Sequence record: MW812343.1
Length of the DNA: 64,000 nucleotides
Direction: 5' to 3' (one strand)
Each line of letters begins with the position of its first letter. The first letter of the stretch is position 1. The notes beneath the pieces were generated by a model. That model was not told the DNA's origin and did not search any database. It worked only from the letters and a program-made list of their open reading frames with translations. A program made the translations under genes and the position numbers. This document shows positions 29,810-38,955 of the stretch, in pieces.

Positions 29810-30198
29810 TGCGCATTGTAGCAGCTTTTATTTTAACGGTTATTTCGTTTACAGTTTCTGCAAACTTTAATCCCTACGTAATGGAAGGGTTCAAACCTTC
29901 TAATCCGGGGGATGTCCGTGTGAAGTTTACTGAGTTGGATAAACCAACCACAGTGGCCGAACACGGTGGGTTTGCTGTCGTGAATACTGGCCGGTCAGAG
30001 AAATGCCCCGCAGGGGGTTTTTATCTGGTGAACCTAACCCGCAAGACGTATCAGTTTGTCGATGCGGGGACATGCCAAAAGGACATACGGGTGGTGCTGT
30101 CTGGGCCATTCGTAGACAAACTCTCAGTCGTGACGGAACTCTTGACGTTTTCTTTTAACGACAATATCACCGCACGATACCCACTCTACAGCTATTGA
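29806..30198 (+). CDS. exported protein with signal peptide
   Basis: MMRIVAAFILTVISFTVSA signal; two Cys. Confidence 0.75.
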   Translation: MMRIVAAFILTVISFTVSANFNPYVMEGFKPSNPGDVRVKFTELDKPTTVAEHGGFAVVNTGRSEKCPAGGFYLVNLTRKTYQFVDAGTCQKDIRVVLSGPFVDKLSVVTELLTFSFNDNITARYPLYSY

Positions 30199-30204
30199 GT
30201 GGTC

Positions 30205-30239
30205 TTCTCTCCCTTCGGGGAGAGAACATTTTATTTTTT
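30205..30239 (+). terminator. intrinsic terminator
   Basis: TTCTCTCCC-TTCG-GGGAGAGAA + T tract. Confidence 0.9.
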
Positions 30240-30273
30240 AAGTCACCGGTGAATGCTATAGGAGGTGTCAATC

Positions 30274-30876
30274 ATGACCAAAATCTATCGTATTGCCGTT
30301 ATCGGCTCCCGTGAAACCGAAGAAGCGACCATGGCTGAAATGTACATGGCGTTACTTCGCGGGTTCAATATGCTGCACCATAAAGGCTACAAGATTGTTT
30401 ACACCAGTGGCGGGTGCTGGAAAGGGCCTGACCAACTCCAGTTTAAATTCGCTCAACAATGGGCAAACACCTACGACCAAGATACCGGTAAGAAAGTTGA
30501 ATGGGATGATGAATTCATTTGTTATCTTGCCGATGATAAAAAGATGGGTTGGCTCCCCCGTCTGCATCCGAATGTAGAGTTCCGTGTAATCGCACAGGAC
30601 GAACGCTACCGCGATATCGTACGAAAGCTACATCCTTACCCTGATAAGTTAAAAGAATTCGCCTGGGGGCTTCACGGGCGCAATTTGAACATCATTATGG
30701 GGGATGAACTGGATACGCCAGTGGATGCGGTCTATTATTCGGCCCCATTGGACAAACATGGCAATCCAACGGGCGGTACGAAGATGGGCGTGGCGTATGC
30801 CAAGGAGTGCGGAATCCCTTGTTACAACCACGGTTTTGACGCGCGTACGTGGCTTGAGTCCGTTCGTTTATTATGA
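30274..30876 (+). CDS. SLOG superfamily (DprA/Smf-like) protein
   Basis: IAVIGSRET, TSGGCWKGPD, RN..I.G, GGT..GV.YA...GIPCYN; GGAGG SD. Confidence 0.8.
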   Translation: MTKIYRIAVIGSRETEEATMAEMYMALLRGFNMLHHKGYKIVYTSGGCWKGPDQLQFKFAQQWANTYDQDTGKKVEWDDEFICYLADDKKMGWLPRLHPNVEFRVIAQDERYRDIVRKLHPYPDKLKEFAWGLHGRNLNIIMGDELDTPVDAVYYSAPLDKHGNPTGGTKMGVAYAKECGIPCYNHGFDARTWLESVRLL

Positions 30877-30903
30877 CCTGGCCGCATACCTGAGGATGCC
30901 ACT

Positions 30904-31176
30904 ATGAAACCCTATCCATTCTGGACACGTTTACTGTACGCTTTCTTCCCAGAGAAAGAACATAACCGCAAAAAATCAATTCTTGTTTTCGATAAAGGTG
31001 AGGACGAGTTTTGGACGATGTTGAACGCGGAGTATCCCGGATGGACGGCTATCTTTCCGTTTATGGAACGGAGTGAACCGCGCGTGATTCATTATCACGA
31101 TGTGCAGGGCGACTTAGTGGCTATCTGTGTACGCTGGCCAAACCGTAACTACTACTACACCGTCGAGGTGTGTTAA
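30904..31176 (+). CDS. hypothetical protein
   Basis: GAGG SD. Confidence 0.65.
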   Translation: MKPYPFWTRLLYAFFPEKEHNRKKSILVFDKGEDEFWTMLNAEYPGWTAIFPFMERSEPRVIHYHDVQGDLVAICVRWPNRNYYYTVEVC

Positions 31177-31192
31177 GAAAAGGGGTGTGGCC

Positions 31193-32359
31193 ATGTCGTC
31201 ACCAGATTTAGATTTTATCACCCTGTGTGAGGACTTCGACACTGTCGTGGCGTTGGAGTCTATCGGTGCAGGGATGAACAACCCAATGATGCGCTCTATC
31301 GCAAAACGTTGGGAAGTGCTGGACGAAGCAGAAGCCGAATGGCAAGAAACGGTAGCCCGCGAATCCAATGCCATGATGGAGCGCGCGCAGGTTGTCGCGG
31401 ATGGCGCTGCCCAAGGCAGTATCGCCAAGAAGGTTGCCAAAGACGCCGGTAAAGCGGCTGTGGGTGCAGGGTTGGGCGCAGCTCGCCTGGCAGGTAAAGG
31501 GGCGGCTAAAGGCGCGAAAGCGGCTGGTAAGGGTGCAGCGAACCTTTCCTCGAAACTGCTGGACAAATTCAAAGAGTGGGCGGAACACTACGGCCCAATC
31601 TTTAAGCAAAAGATTGCTGACATGACGTCGAAGTCCACCACCATGGAAAACCGCCGTCAGAAGCTGGAGTCTAAACTGCACACTGCGGAGATTCATCCGC
31701 AAGACATTCGTGTCCTGACATGGGCAAGCTGCGTTTGTTACGAAGACAAGCCGGACTTTGCGAAGTGTATCGAACTTTCTAATCACAGTGAAGCCATGGC
31801 GGCCACCGTGAAGGAATACACCGTAAAGGTTGACCAGACCAAATTGGTTGTTGATCGGCGTAAGAAGAACGACGACGGCACGCTGGACAAGATTGGCTAC
31901 CCATCGAATGCTGCGATTCACCGTGCGTCTGGGTTACTGGGTCGATTCACTGAGAACGATGTGAAAGCCCGTCCATTAGCCGGTAACGTCATTGTGGTGA
32001 CTCGTGGTTTCGGTGCCAAAGAGAAAGTCGATTTTGCGGTGGCGCGTGAAGCGAAAATCGGTGGCAAATTCGAAACACTCTCCAAGTCTGACTGCGAGAA
32101 GGCGCTAGAGGCTGTGAAACGCATTGCCAAGGCGTTAGAAGATCGCAGTGTGCGTCGAGGTGCCTTTAGCTACACCGGCATCTACGATGAGATGGAGAAG
32201 CTGCGTGAGCACATGAAGGATTTGGATGGCAACGAGCTGCGCTCTGTCACCCAACGTTTCAAGAACGCCATGGCCATTGAAGATGCGTTTACAACAGCGC
32301 TCGTTCGTGTGGGTGATGGTCTGCTCAATTGGGTGCAGGCGTCCATTAAGGCGGGTTAA
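31193..32359 (+). CDS. putative internal head protein with A-L-E propeptide site
   Basis: ATG 31193; VVALES near the N-terminus; Ala/Gly/Lys-rich segment. Confidence 0.6.
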   Translation: MSSPDLDFITLCEDFDTVVALESIGAGMNNPMMRSIAKRWEVLDEAEAEWQETVARESNAMMERAQVVADGAAQGSIAKKVAKDAGKAAVGAGLGAARLAGKGAAKGAKAAGKGAANLSSKLLDKFKEWAEHYGPIFKQKIADMTSKSTTMENRRQKLESKLHTAEIHPQDIRVLTWASCVCYEDKPDFAKCIELSNHSEAMAATVKEYTVKVDQTKLVVDRRKKNDDGTLDKIGYPSNAAIHRASGLLGRFTENDVKARPLAGNVIVVTRGFGAKEKVDFAVAREAKIGGKFETLSKSDCEKALEAVKRIAKALEDRSVRRGAFSYTGIYDEMEKLREHMKDLDGNELRSVTQRFKNAMAIEDAFTTALVRVGDGLLNWVQASIKAG

Positions 32360-32361
32360 GC

Positions 32362-32838
32362 ATGAAAGTCGTTTTAGTTTCTAAGTTGACTTCCCGGTTA
32401 GGTCAAAAGTACCACGCCGAGTTAACGGATTTGCACAACAGTCTCTATAACGACCAACAGGCCCGTCTTAAAGACCTGAACGGTCGTAATGGGTTTAACG
32501 AGATTGATGATGTCAGTGAAGTCTGGAGTGATGGGCAGCAAGCAGCAATAGCAGTTGACGATGAAGGTCGCGCTGTGGGCTTCTTGTCCTTCTCCATTCA
32601 AACTGGCCGGTCGAATATTGGCAGCAAGTGGTTGTGGATTTACAACTTCTACGTCAATAACGACCAACGGGGTAAGGGTGTCGGTCTTCTGCTGATGAAC
32701 GCGGTGCGAGACCATGGTAAAGCCAAAGGCTGTGGCTTCATGCAGCTCTACGTGCTGGACAATAACCAGCAAGCGATTGCGATGTACCAGAAGTTTGGTT
32801 TTCGCACCGAGTATCGGGATATGGTGAAGGAGATTTAG
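32362..32838 (+). CDS. GNAT N-acetyltransferase
   Basis: FYVNNDQRGKGVGLLLM, N..AIAMYQKFGF. Confidence 0.93.
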   Translation: MKVVLVSKLTSRLGQKYHAELTDLHNSLYNDQQARLKDLNGRNGFNEIDDVSEVWSDGQQAAIAVDDEGRAVGFLSFSIQTGRSNIGSKWLWIYNFYVNNDQRGKGVGLLLMNAVRDHGKAKGCGFMQLYVLDNNQQAIAMYQKFGFRTEYRDMVKEI

Positions 32839-33444
32839 ATGGCTGCTATTCGCAATGTGCCCCATCAGGAGGGTCGTCATTATACGTTCGGTGTGAAACG
32901 TCACTTCTTGGGTTTCCGTCCGGGATGGAAAGTGGTTCGCATTGCGGGCAGCTTCTGGCATCTTCCCCCTAACGTGTTGAAGCATTATTCGGTGGAACAG
33001 ATCCAACACTTCTTGTCGTTGGCGGATTGGAAACAAAAAGATTCGTTTAACAGCATCAAGTGTAATGAGATTGGTAAGTCACGGAACGCCACCGAGCGGG
33101 GTGTTTACTGGACGGGGCAGAACGCGTTCCAAACCGGCGGGTTTGTTGGCCCTACGGAAGTGCGCGAAGTTGAAGGGATGTTAGACGGTAAGAAATATAT
33201 CGGCTTGCACATTCACTGCCCTGATTCCCCTCAGTATGACTACCTGCTTGTTACCGATAAAGATGTAACCTTCGCGACGTTCTATAAGTACCTCTTGTTT
33301 TACAGTCGCAACATCTACTTCCACCCGTTCAATCGTGACCGGCCGTGGGATATCGGTTTTCCTTACTTACGCCTACGGAGTAAAGAGGCATGTTCTATCG
33401 AGAACTTCAACAGTATACCGACGCTTTGCAAAGAAGCGAGCTAA
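32839..33444 (+). CDS. hypothetical protein
   Basis: Coupled, AAGGAG SD. Confidence 0.7.
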   Translation: MAAIRNVPHQEGRHYTFGVKRHFLGFRPGWKVVRIAGSFWHLPPNVLKHYSVEQIQHFLSLADWKQKDSFNSIKCNEIGKSRNATERGVYWTGQNAFQTGGFVGPTEVREVEGMLDGKKYIGLHIHCPDSPQYDYLLVTDKDVTFATFYKYLLFYSRNIYFHPFNRDRPWDIGFPYLRLRSKEACSIENFNSIPTLCKEAS

Positions 33445-33758
33445 AGCACGACAGTAACTTTGATGATGTCACGGACGCACTTTCTCAATTTAAAGACCTC
33501 GTGGTAACCGTCAAAACCGACCCTATCGGTGAGCAGTCTCGCGGGTTAGAACTCGTGATTGCAAACGAACACGGGCGGTTTCATTTGCGTTTCCGATACA
33601 GCAGGGACTTTTTGCTCACCTTATTGTGTCACGTCGAAACGAATGGCCAGCGCCACAAGGTGCGTTGGTGGGACGATTATTCTAAGTTCGAGTACGCAGA
33701 AGCAGAACACCGCCAAACCGTATACGACTTTATGCGAGCCGTAATTAACGGATTTTGA
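33390..33758 (+). CDS. hypothetical protein
   Basis: GAGG SD; overlaps previous ORF by 55 nt. Confidence 0.6.
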   Translation: MFYRELQQYTDALQRSELKHDSNFDDVTDALSQFKDLVVTVKTDPIGEQSRGLELVIANEHGRFHLRFRYSRDFLLTLLCHVETNGQRHKVRWWDDYSKFEYAEAEHRQTVYDFMRAVINGF

Positions 33759-33768
33759 GAGAGCGAAA

Positions 33769-34368
33769 ATGCCTGAGATGATCTTAGACTCGCTTTTCCT
33801 TATCACCAATGCGTACATTGATAAGAATGGTAAACTGCCGGTGCGTATCTGCGTCCGGCGCAGCGGCGTAAGCCGTCTGTATCACATTACCAAAGTCTTA
33901 GACATTGCGTGTAAGGTGACGGGGATGAAGCGCCCTAAAACCCTGAACAACTTTAAACACATTCAGGGTATTTTACACAAAGCCATGTGTGACATGCACC
34001 GTAAGCGTCGTCACTCGCCGTACCATGCACTGACGCGGACCACAGGAGATGAAGTAGTGTATCGTGAGAACATTGTTAACCTGCGTCCGGGTTATTGCAA
34101 CGTCGCCGGGTTAGGCGCACAACGGCTGCGTAACATCATTCAGGGGAACAAGGTTGAACCCACCGCGCAGGAAGCGGAGCACGCAATGTCACTGCTGCGC
34201 AGCGCGGAACTGGTGGTGGTAGAAACCGAAGAGGAAGCCTACCGTATGCAGTTCTTCCTGACCGACCGAGGCTTAACAGCGTTGGTGGTTTACGGAGAAG
34301 CGGCCGATAAGCTGAACCTGCCAAGCACAGATGGCGTCTGGTCTAAACCCACGGTTGAACACCAGTAA
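33769..34368 (+). CDS. hypothetical protein, possible HhH motif
   Basis: NVAGLGAQRLRNII; terminator follows. Confidence 0.65.
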   Translation: MPEMILDSLFLITNAYIDKNGKLPVRICVRRSGVSRLYHITKVLDIACKVTGMKRPKTLNNFKHIQGILHKAMCDMHRKRRHSPYHALTRTTGDEVVYRENIVNLRPGYCNVAGLGAQRLRNIIQGNKVEPTAQEAEHAMSLLRSAELVVVETEEEAYRMQFFLTDRGLTALVVYGEAADKLNLPSTDGVWSKPTVEHQ

Positions 34369-34373
34369 GTGAT

Positions 34374-34410
34374 ACCCACCCTTCGGGGTGGGTTTACTCT
34401 ATCTTTTTTT
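34374..34410 (+). terminator. intrinsic terminator
   Basis: ACCCACCC-TTCG-GGGTGGGT + T tract. Confidence 0.88.
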
Positions 34411-34474
34411 GGACAGATATTATCCAAGTGAGATAACAATAGTTATCTTTTTTACAAGAGATACGTTAAGTATG
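34411..34474 (+). promoter_or_regulatory. early promoter variant followed by ACA-N14-TATG
   Basis: GGACAGATATTATCCAAGTG; TTTTTT-ACA(34454)-N14-TATG(34471). Confidence 0.65.
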
Positions 34475-34523
34475 CCGTAGTGCGTCGGTTAAAACGCATC
34501 AACTAACCTAAGAGAGAAATACC

Positions 34524-35300
34524 ATGACTTTATTAAAAGATCCAACTGTCAAAGAAATCTATTCACTGCCAACCGTGGATGGGAAATATCGCTATGTGTT
34601 CCAGTACAATCTCGGTGATTTAACCCAGAACAACATTCCGCGTGGTATCACCCACAAACTCGTGAATAGCGAGACGGGTGCGACTCTGGTGAGTGGACGG
34701 TTGTTCTTCTGTGCACCCAGTTGGAAGCATGAAGATATGGTGAAGAAAATGCTCGAAGAGATGAAGCTGGTCTCCGCGAGAATGTTCTTCAAGACGGTTG
34801 CACGTAAACCTGATTTGTTGGAGGCGTGGAAACATCACGACCTTCCGGCCCTGAAGGGTGCTTGCGAACGTTACGTCTATGTCGAAGAAGCCATCAATCG
34901 TTTCTTCGCTGACGTAATGAAAACAGAACGTCTACAGAGAAGTCCTAAGGATGGCCAAAACTATCTCATTCGTCAGAAATCAGAAGAACGAATTCGTGGC
35001 AAGTTTGGCAATTACGAACTATCTGTGGTGCGTCGTTTAGAACTGTTTGGCCAAGCATTCGCAGCCAATGACGTTCGTGTAACGTATGAATTATCACCGT
35101 CATTACGTGTTACCACTTCGGAAAGCGTCTCGCCCGGTACACTGTCGTTTACGCTCCGATATCCACTGCACGAGTGGCCGATGTTGAAAGCGTTCTTCCT
35201 TGACCATCGTGTTAATCCCGTCGTCACCGCATGGATTGAAAACAGTTGGACTGAGGAACTCCGTAAACTGGCTATGAACAAAGACAATATCGACTTCTAA
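34524..35300 (+). CDS. hypothetical protein
   Basis: 258 aa monocistronic unit. Confidence 0.75.
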   Translation: MTLLKDPTVKEIYSLPTVDGKYRYVFQYNLGDLTQNNIPRGITHKLVNSETGATLVSGRLFFCAPSWKHEDMVKKMLEEMKLVSARMFFKTVARKPDLLEAWKHHDLPALKGACERYVYVEEAINRFFADVMKTERLQRSPKDGQNYLIRQKSEERIRGKFGNYELSVVRRLELFGQAFAANDVRVTYELSPSLRVTTSESVSPGTLSFTLRYPLHEWPMLKAFFLDHRVNPVVTAWIENSWTEELRKLAMNKDNIDF

Positions 35301-35306
35301 TAACTC

Positions 35307-35339
35307 AGGCATCCTTCGGGGTGCCTGCTTTATTTTTTT
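35307..35339 (+). terminator. intrinsic terminator
   Basis: CAGGCATCC-TTCG-GGGTGCCTG + T tract. Confidence 0.9.
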
Positions 35340-35368
35340 GTTCAATTACATCAGTTGTACATTATGTG
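35340..35368 (+). promoter_or_regulatory. ACA-N14-TGTG promoter candidate
   Basis: GTTCAATTACATCAGTTGTACATTATGTG. Confidence 0.65.
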
Positions 35369-35404
35369 TACAGAACACTTAAATGCTTTGATGGGGAAAA
35401 CGTA

Positions 35405-36046
35405 ATGACAGCCATTACCGCGGCCTTTGATGGTCACGATTATGCTGGGAAGTCTACGATGGTGCAAAAGGTTCGCGCCGTTTTAGAAGGTCTGGGTCTG
35501 CGAGTGAAGGTGGTTAACCACCCGTGTGCAGATACAGAAACAGGGCAGTTCGCTCGCCGTCAATTGGTGACGGGTGTGGGTGCTGCTCAGGTTGCGCGGG
35601 CAATGTGTCAGGATTTCGAATACACACTGCAATACGTCGTGCCCCAATACGACGTGGTTTTGCTTGACCGTTGGGCACCCGTGACAATCGCCAACCAAGG
35701 CGATGAAGGCCGACAGGAGGTCTTCCGCTCTGGTGTGTGTAACCAACCCGGTTCACCAGAAATTTATATCTCGATGGAGGTCGGTTTTGAAACCGCCAAA
35801 CTCCGTCGCGCTAAACGACTGGCTGAGAAAGGGCTGGACTGGGATGATGCCGTCAGCGGTAAGATGTTCGAGTCGGAAGAAGCGTGGGATGCGTACTGCG
35901 ACCGTTATCGTTATGCGTTCCAGATTCTGACCGAAGGTGGTGATAAGTTCCAGTGGCTGAAGTTTGACGAACAGTCTGACCCCGTTACAACACCACTCAC
36001 CATCGCGTCGGCTATCGCAGTGGCATACGTGAACAAACTAAAATAA
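35405..36046 (+). CDS. tmk: thymidylate (dNMP) kinase
   Basis: FDGHDYAGKST P-loop, NHP, VLLDRW, IYISM, F...K.R. Confidence 0.85.
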   Translation: MTAITAAFDGHDYAGKSTMVQKVRAVLEGLGLRVKVVNHPCADTETGQFARRQLVTGVGAAQVARAMCQDFEYTLQYVVPQYDVVLLDRWAPVTIANQGDEGRQEVFRSGVCNQPGSPEIYISMEVGFETAKLRRAKRLAEKGLDWDDAVSGKMFESEEAWDAYCDRYRYAFQILTEGGDKFQWLKFDEQSDPVTTPLTIASAIAVAYVNKLK

Positions 36047-36054
36047 GAAATACC

Positions 36055-36090
36055 CCCTCTTACCTTCGGGTAAGAGGGTTTTATTTTTTT
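36055..36090 (+). terminator. intrinsic terminator
   Basis: CCCTCTTACC-TTCG-GGTAAGAGGG + T tract. Confidence 0.9.
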
Positions 36091-36150
36091 ACACCACCGG
36101 CTAGTCCTATGCTTTATTCCACAAAATCTCAGATAGATATCATCTAGGTG
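36091..36150 (+). promoter_or_regulatory. tandem promoters: ACA-N14-TATG then early motif
   Basis: ACA(36091)-N14-TATG(36108); CAGATAGATATCATCTAGGTG (36130-36150). Confidence 0.7.
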
Positions 36151-36196
36151 GACATTGAAATCGATGTCTTATTGTACCCACAAGGAGAATCAAAGA

Positions 36197-36547
36197 ATGC
36201 GCTATATCCACGATGCTACTCGCAATGCCAAAAACAAGTTCGTCAATCACCTGAGCTTCATCATTGAAAAGATTGTCGAAGACGGTGTGACCCAACGTGA
36301 ACTCGCTTCTGTTGCAAAAGTCTCACCGGGCGTCATTAGCAACATCAAATTCGGTCGTGTCGACCGTGTTTCATTTGACGTCGTTAAACGTGTCGCCGAT
36401 GCCCTACGTCTGGAGTATACCATTTCCGTCACGTCCCGCTTTGGTAAGGCTACCGAAACGGTGACTGTACAAACCGGTTATGAATATATGAGGCTCAACG
36501 CCGTATGGCAGAACCATCAGACCAAGTCCGATCGTATCGCACATTAA
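36197..36547 (+). CDS. XRE/Cro-type HTH DNA-binding protein
   Basis: GVTQRELASVAKVSPGVISNIKFG...SFD.V.RVADAL; AAGGAG SD. Confidence 0.85.
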   Translation: MRYIHDATRNAKNKFVNHLSFIIEKIVEDGVTQRELASVAKVSPGVISNIKFGRVDRVSFDVVKRVADALRLEYTISVTSRFGKATETVTVQTGYEYMRLNAVWQNHQTKSDRIAH

Positions 36548-36558
36548 TCGAGGTTATC

Positions 36559-37023
36559 ATGAAAGCAATTTATGCCGCGGGCAAAACCCAACACATTGTT
36601 GCCCCACACGACGAGTGCTGTCCACATTTAAATCTGTGGAAAATTGCGCCGTACTACACGGCCCAAATCGTTGGTCCTATACGTACGGTGTTTTACACCT
36701 GTAAAGCGTGCCACGAAGCGTTGCAGAACGAAATAGCGCAGAACTTTATCCTGTGCAACGACTGCCGTAAACCGATGGCTCCGGAAGAAGTGATTTGCTG
36801 GTCACCGTACGACCAGAATCCTGCGGCTCCGACCATTTACCTGTGTAAAGATTGTGAGTGCGGTACAAAGCACTTCGATCGTGTCGAATACGACCGTGCA
36901 AACTTCGTTGAGAGCTTCCCTGTGAAACAACGCAATCTCCGTCTACTCGCTTCTAGCGATGCCGGTATGAAAATACGTTATATCCCAGAGCCGATACGTC
37001 GTCCGTACGACACACACATCTAA
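36559..37023 (+). CDS. Cys-rich putative zinc-binding protein
   Basis: CCPH, CKAC, CNDC, CKDC; GAGG SD. Confidence 0.7.
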   Translation: MKAIYAAGKTQHIVAPHDECCPHLNLWKIAPYYTAQIVGPIRTVFYTCKACHEALQNEIAQNFILCNDCRKPMAPEEVICWSPYDQNPAAPTIYLCKDCECGTKHFDRVEYDRANFVESFPVKQRNLRLLASSDAGMKIRYIPEPIRRPYDTHI

Positions 37024-37032
37024 CTGTAAAGT

Positions 37033-37063
37033 AAAAGGGGGTCTTTCCCCCTTCTTATTTTTT
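37033..37063 (+). terminator. intrinsic terminator
   Basis: AAGGGGG-TCTTT-CCCCCTT + TTATTTTTT. Confidence 0.75.
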
Positions 37064-37071
37064 GCCTTTTT

Positions 37072-37092
37072 ACGCAACTTCCCTTTTCTGTG
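37072..37092 (+). promoter_or_regulatory. ACG-N14-TGTG promoter candidate
   Basis: TTTTT-ACG-N14-TGTG upstream of the GNAT/Dam operon. Confidence 0.5.
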
Positions 37093-37122
37093 AATAACAA
37101 GAATTTGTTGCGGGGGAAATCG

Positions 37123-38130
37123 ATGCAATCGATAGCGCAATCAACCATCATTAAACCGTCGGTCGAACCGACAGAACAGCAAATCAATATCACCATTGAA
37201 CGCCTTACTTGGGGTAGCGAAAAAGCGCGGCAATATTATCATGCATTTGGGTCACGGACACTCGCCATCAAGCGACTGAACGTTATTCTTAAAAATCCAC
37301 AGTATCAGGTCTTTGGTTTACGTAATGACCATCATACTCCACTCGGGTACGTGTCCGTCATCACCACCATGGGCGATGAGACTCTCATCATTCACCATGC
37401 TGAGGAGATTGTTTCAAACTCCTTGAACAAAGTGGCGATTATGATGTTGCTGGATCATATCGGGTGTCGTTATGCCATGACGGTCGAGGGGACTTCCGAT
37501 AACTTTGACTTCCGTAAACGGATGGGTTTCAAGCTGATTGAAAACAATTGGATGATCGCCTGTAAGCCGTACGAGAAACTCCCTGTCGATAAACGGATAG
37601 TGGATGTCTCTGGTTTAGAGTCGCTCAATGAACATCAGCTGGAGCAATTGACTAATTTGGTCAGGTACACCATCTGGCGGGAAGGGCAGACCGATCCATT
37701 CGAGCGGGAAATCTTCCGTGAGGTTTTACCGGAGTCTGTGATTGAACGGGGTCGTACCAGTCAATACAAAACGTTGGTCTGGATGGACGCCGGGGATATC
37801 TTGGGTGTGGCACAACTGCAATACGCACAATGGGGTGAGGTTATCCTGAGCGGTGTTGGGGTGGATGGTTCACATACCGGGAAACGTATTGGTCGTAACC
37901 TGATTGCGGCCGCCACACAAAAGGCCGGACTATCCCACGAACACCTAATGGCCACCACGTTCGCCAACAACACACCCATGAATCACCTCTTTGGTGAATT
38001 ACTGCGGTGGGAGAAACTGCCGGGGTCAATCGGGGTTGAGTTGGTTGAGAACGCGGTCAGTTGGAAAAAGTCGAAGAAGTATCTGGGCATTACAGCCGGA
38101 CACGGTGCGCCGGTGTACAAAGGGGATTAA
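37123..38130 (+). CDS. tandem GNAT-fold acetyltransferase
   Basis: C-domain VGVDGSHTGKRIGRNLI...NTPM..LF; N-domain DFRKRMGF. Confidence 0.75.
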   Translation: MQSIAQSTIIKPSVEPTEQQINITIERLTWGSEKARQYYHAFGSRTLAIKRLNVILKNPQYQVFGLRNDHHTPLGYVSVITTMGDETLIIHHAEEIVSNSLNKVAIMMLLDHIGCRYAMTVEGTSDNFDFRKRMGFKLIENNWMIACKPYEKLPVDKRIVDVSGLESLNEHQLEQLTNLVRYTIWREGQTDPFEREIFREVLPESVIERGRTSQYKTLVWMDAGDILGVAQLQYAQWGEVILSGVGVDGSHTGKRIGRNLIAAATQKAGLSHEHLMATTFANNTPMNHLFGELLRWEKLPGSIGVELVENAVSWKKSKKYLGITAGHGAPVYKGD

Positions 38131-38131
38131 C

Positions 38132-38953
38132 ATGCGTTCAATTTTAAAATGGGTCGGCGGAAAGAAGCGCATCATCACGCCCCTGAAAAAGGTGTTCGGT
38201 GAAGTGGACTGTTTCGTTGAACCATTCGTGGGCGCAGGCTCGGTGTTCATGAACACCAACTTCCCGAAATACATTCTGTCAGATTACAATCCGGACTTGG
38301 TGGCGGTACTTCGGTCTGCGATGGAAGCCCCGGACGATTTGGTAGAAGCCTGTCAGGAACTGTGGGCTAACGGGTGTGACCCGGAGGTCTATGCGCAACG
38401 TCGGGAGATTCTCAATAACCGTGAGAACGTTACCGTCGAAGACACCATTGACCGGGCGGCTATCTTCATCTATTTGAACCGTCATGGGTATAACGGGTTG
38501 TGTCGCTACAACCAATCGGGGGGTTATAACGTCCCGTACGGCGACCACAAAACCAAACCGTATTTACCAAAAGACGAAATCCATGCTTTCTGGAAACGTT
38601 GCACCGAAACAGAAGTCACACTTCACTGCTGTGGATTTGAGGAGACGATAACCAATGCACCGAAAGGGTCATTGATTTACGCGGACCCTCCGTACATTCC
38701 CAGCTCGAAGACTTCATCGTTTGCACAATACCACAAAGCCTCCTTTAACCAACAACACCAACGCCAACTGGCTAAACTCCTAAAAGAAGCACACCTTCGT
38801 GGTTGTCGTGTAGTCTTGTCGAACTCTGATACGCTGCTCACCAAAGACATCTACTATGGCTTCCGATGGGAGACAGTAGAGGTGGGTCGCTATCTAGGGT
38901 CGAAAGCCGAAACCCGCGGACGTGTGAATGAGTTGATTGGTGTTCTGGAGTAA
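38132..38953 (+). CDS. dam: DNA adenine methyltransferase
   Basis: LKWVGGK, FVEPFVGAGSVF, LNRHGYNGLCRYN, YADPPY, LSNSD. Confidence 0.96.
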   Translation: MRSILKWVGGKKRIITPLKKVFGEVDCFVEPFVGAGSVFMNTNFPKYILSDYNPDLVAVLRSAMEAPDDLVEACQELWANGCDPEVYAQRREILNNRENVTVEDTIDRAAIFIYLNRHGYNGLCRYNQSGGYNVPYGDHKTKPYLPKDEIHAFWKRCTETEVTLHCCGFEETITNAPKGSLIYADPPYIPSSKTSSFAQYHKASFNQQHQRQLAKLLKEAHLRGCRVVLSNSDTLLTKDIYYGFRWETVEVGRYLGSKAETRGRVNELIGVLE

Positions 38954-38955
38954 CC

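Noticed and set aside
31208-31921. 237-aa minus-strand ORF and similar antisense ORFs (22331-23176 +, 32422-33036 -, 61527-62144 -)
   Set aside because: All overlap well-supported genes in antisense; shadow ORFs
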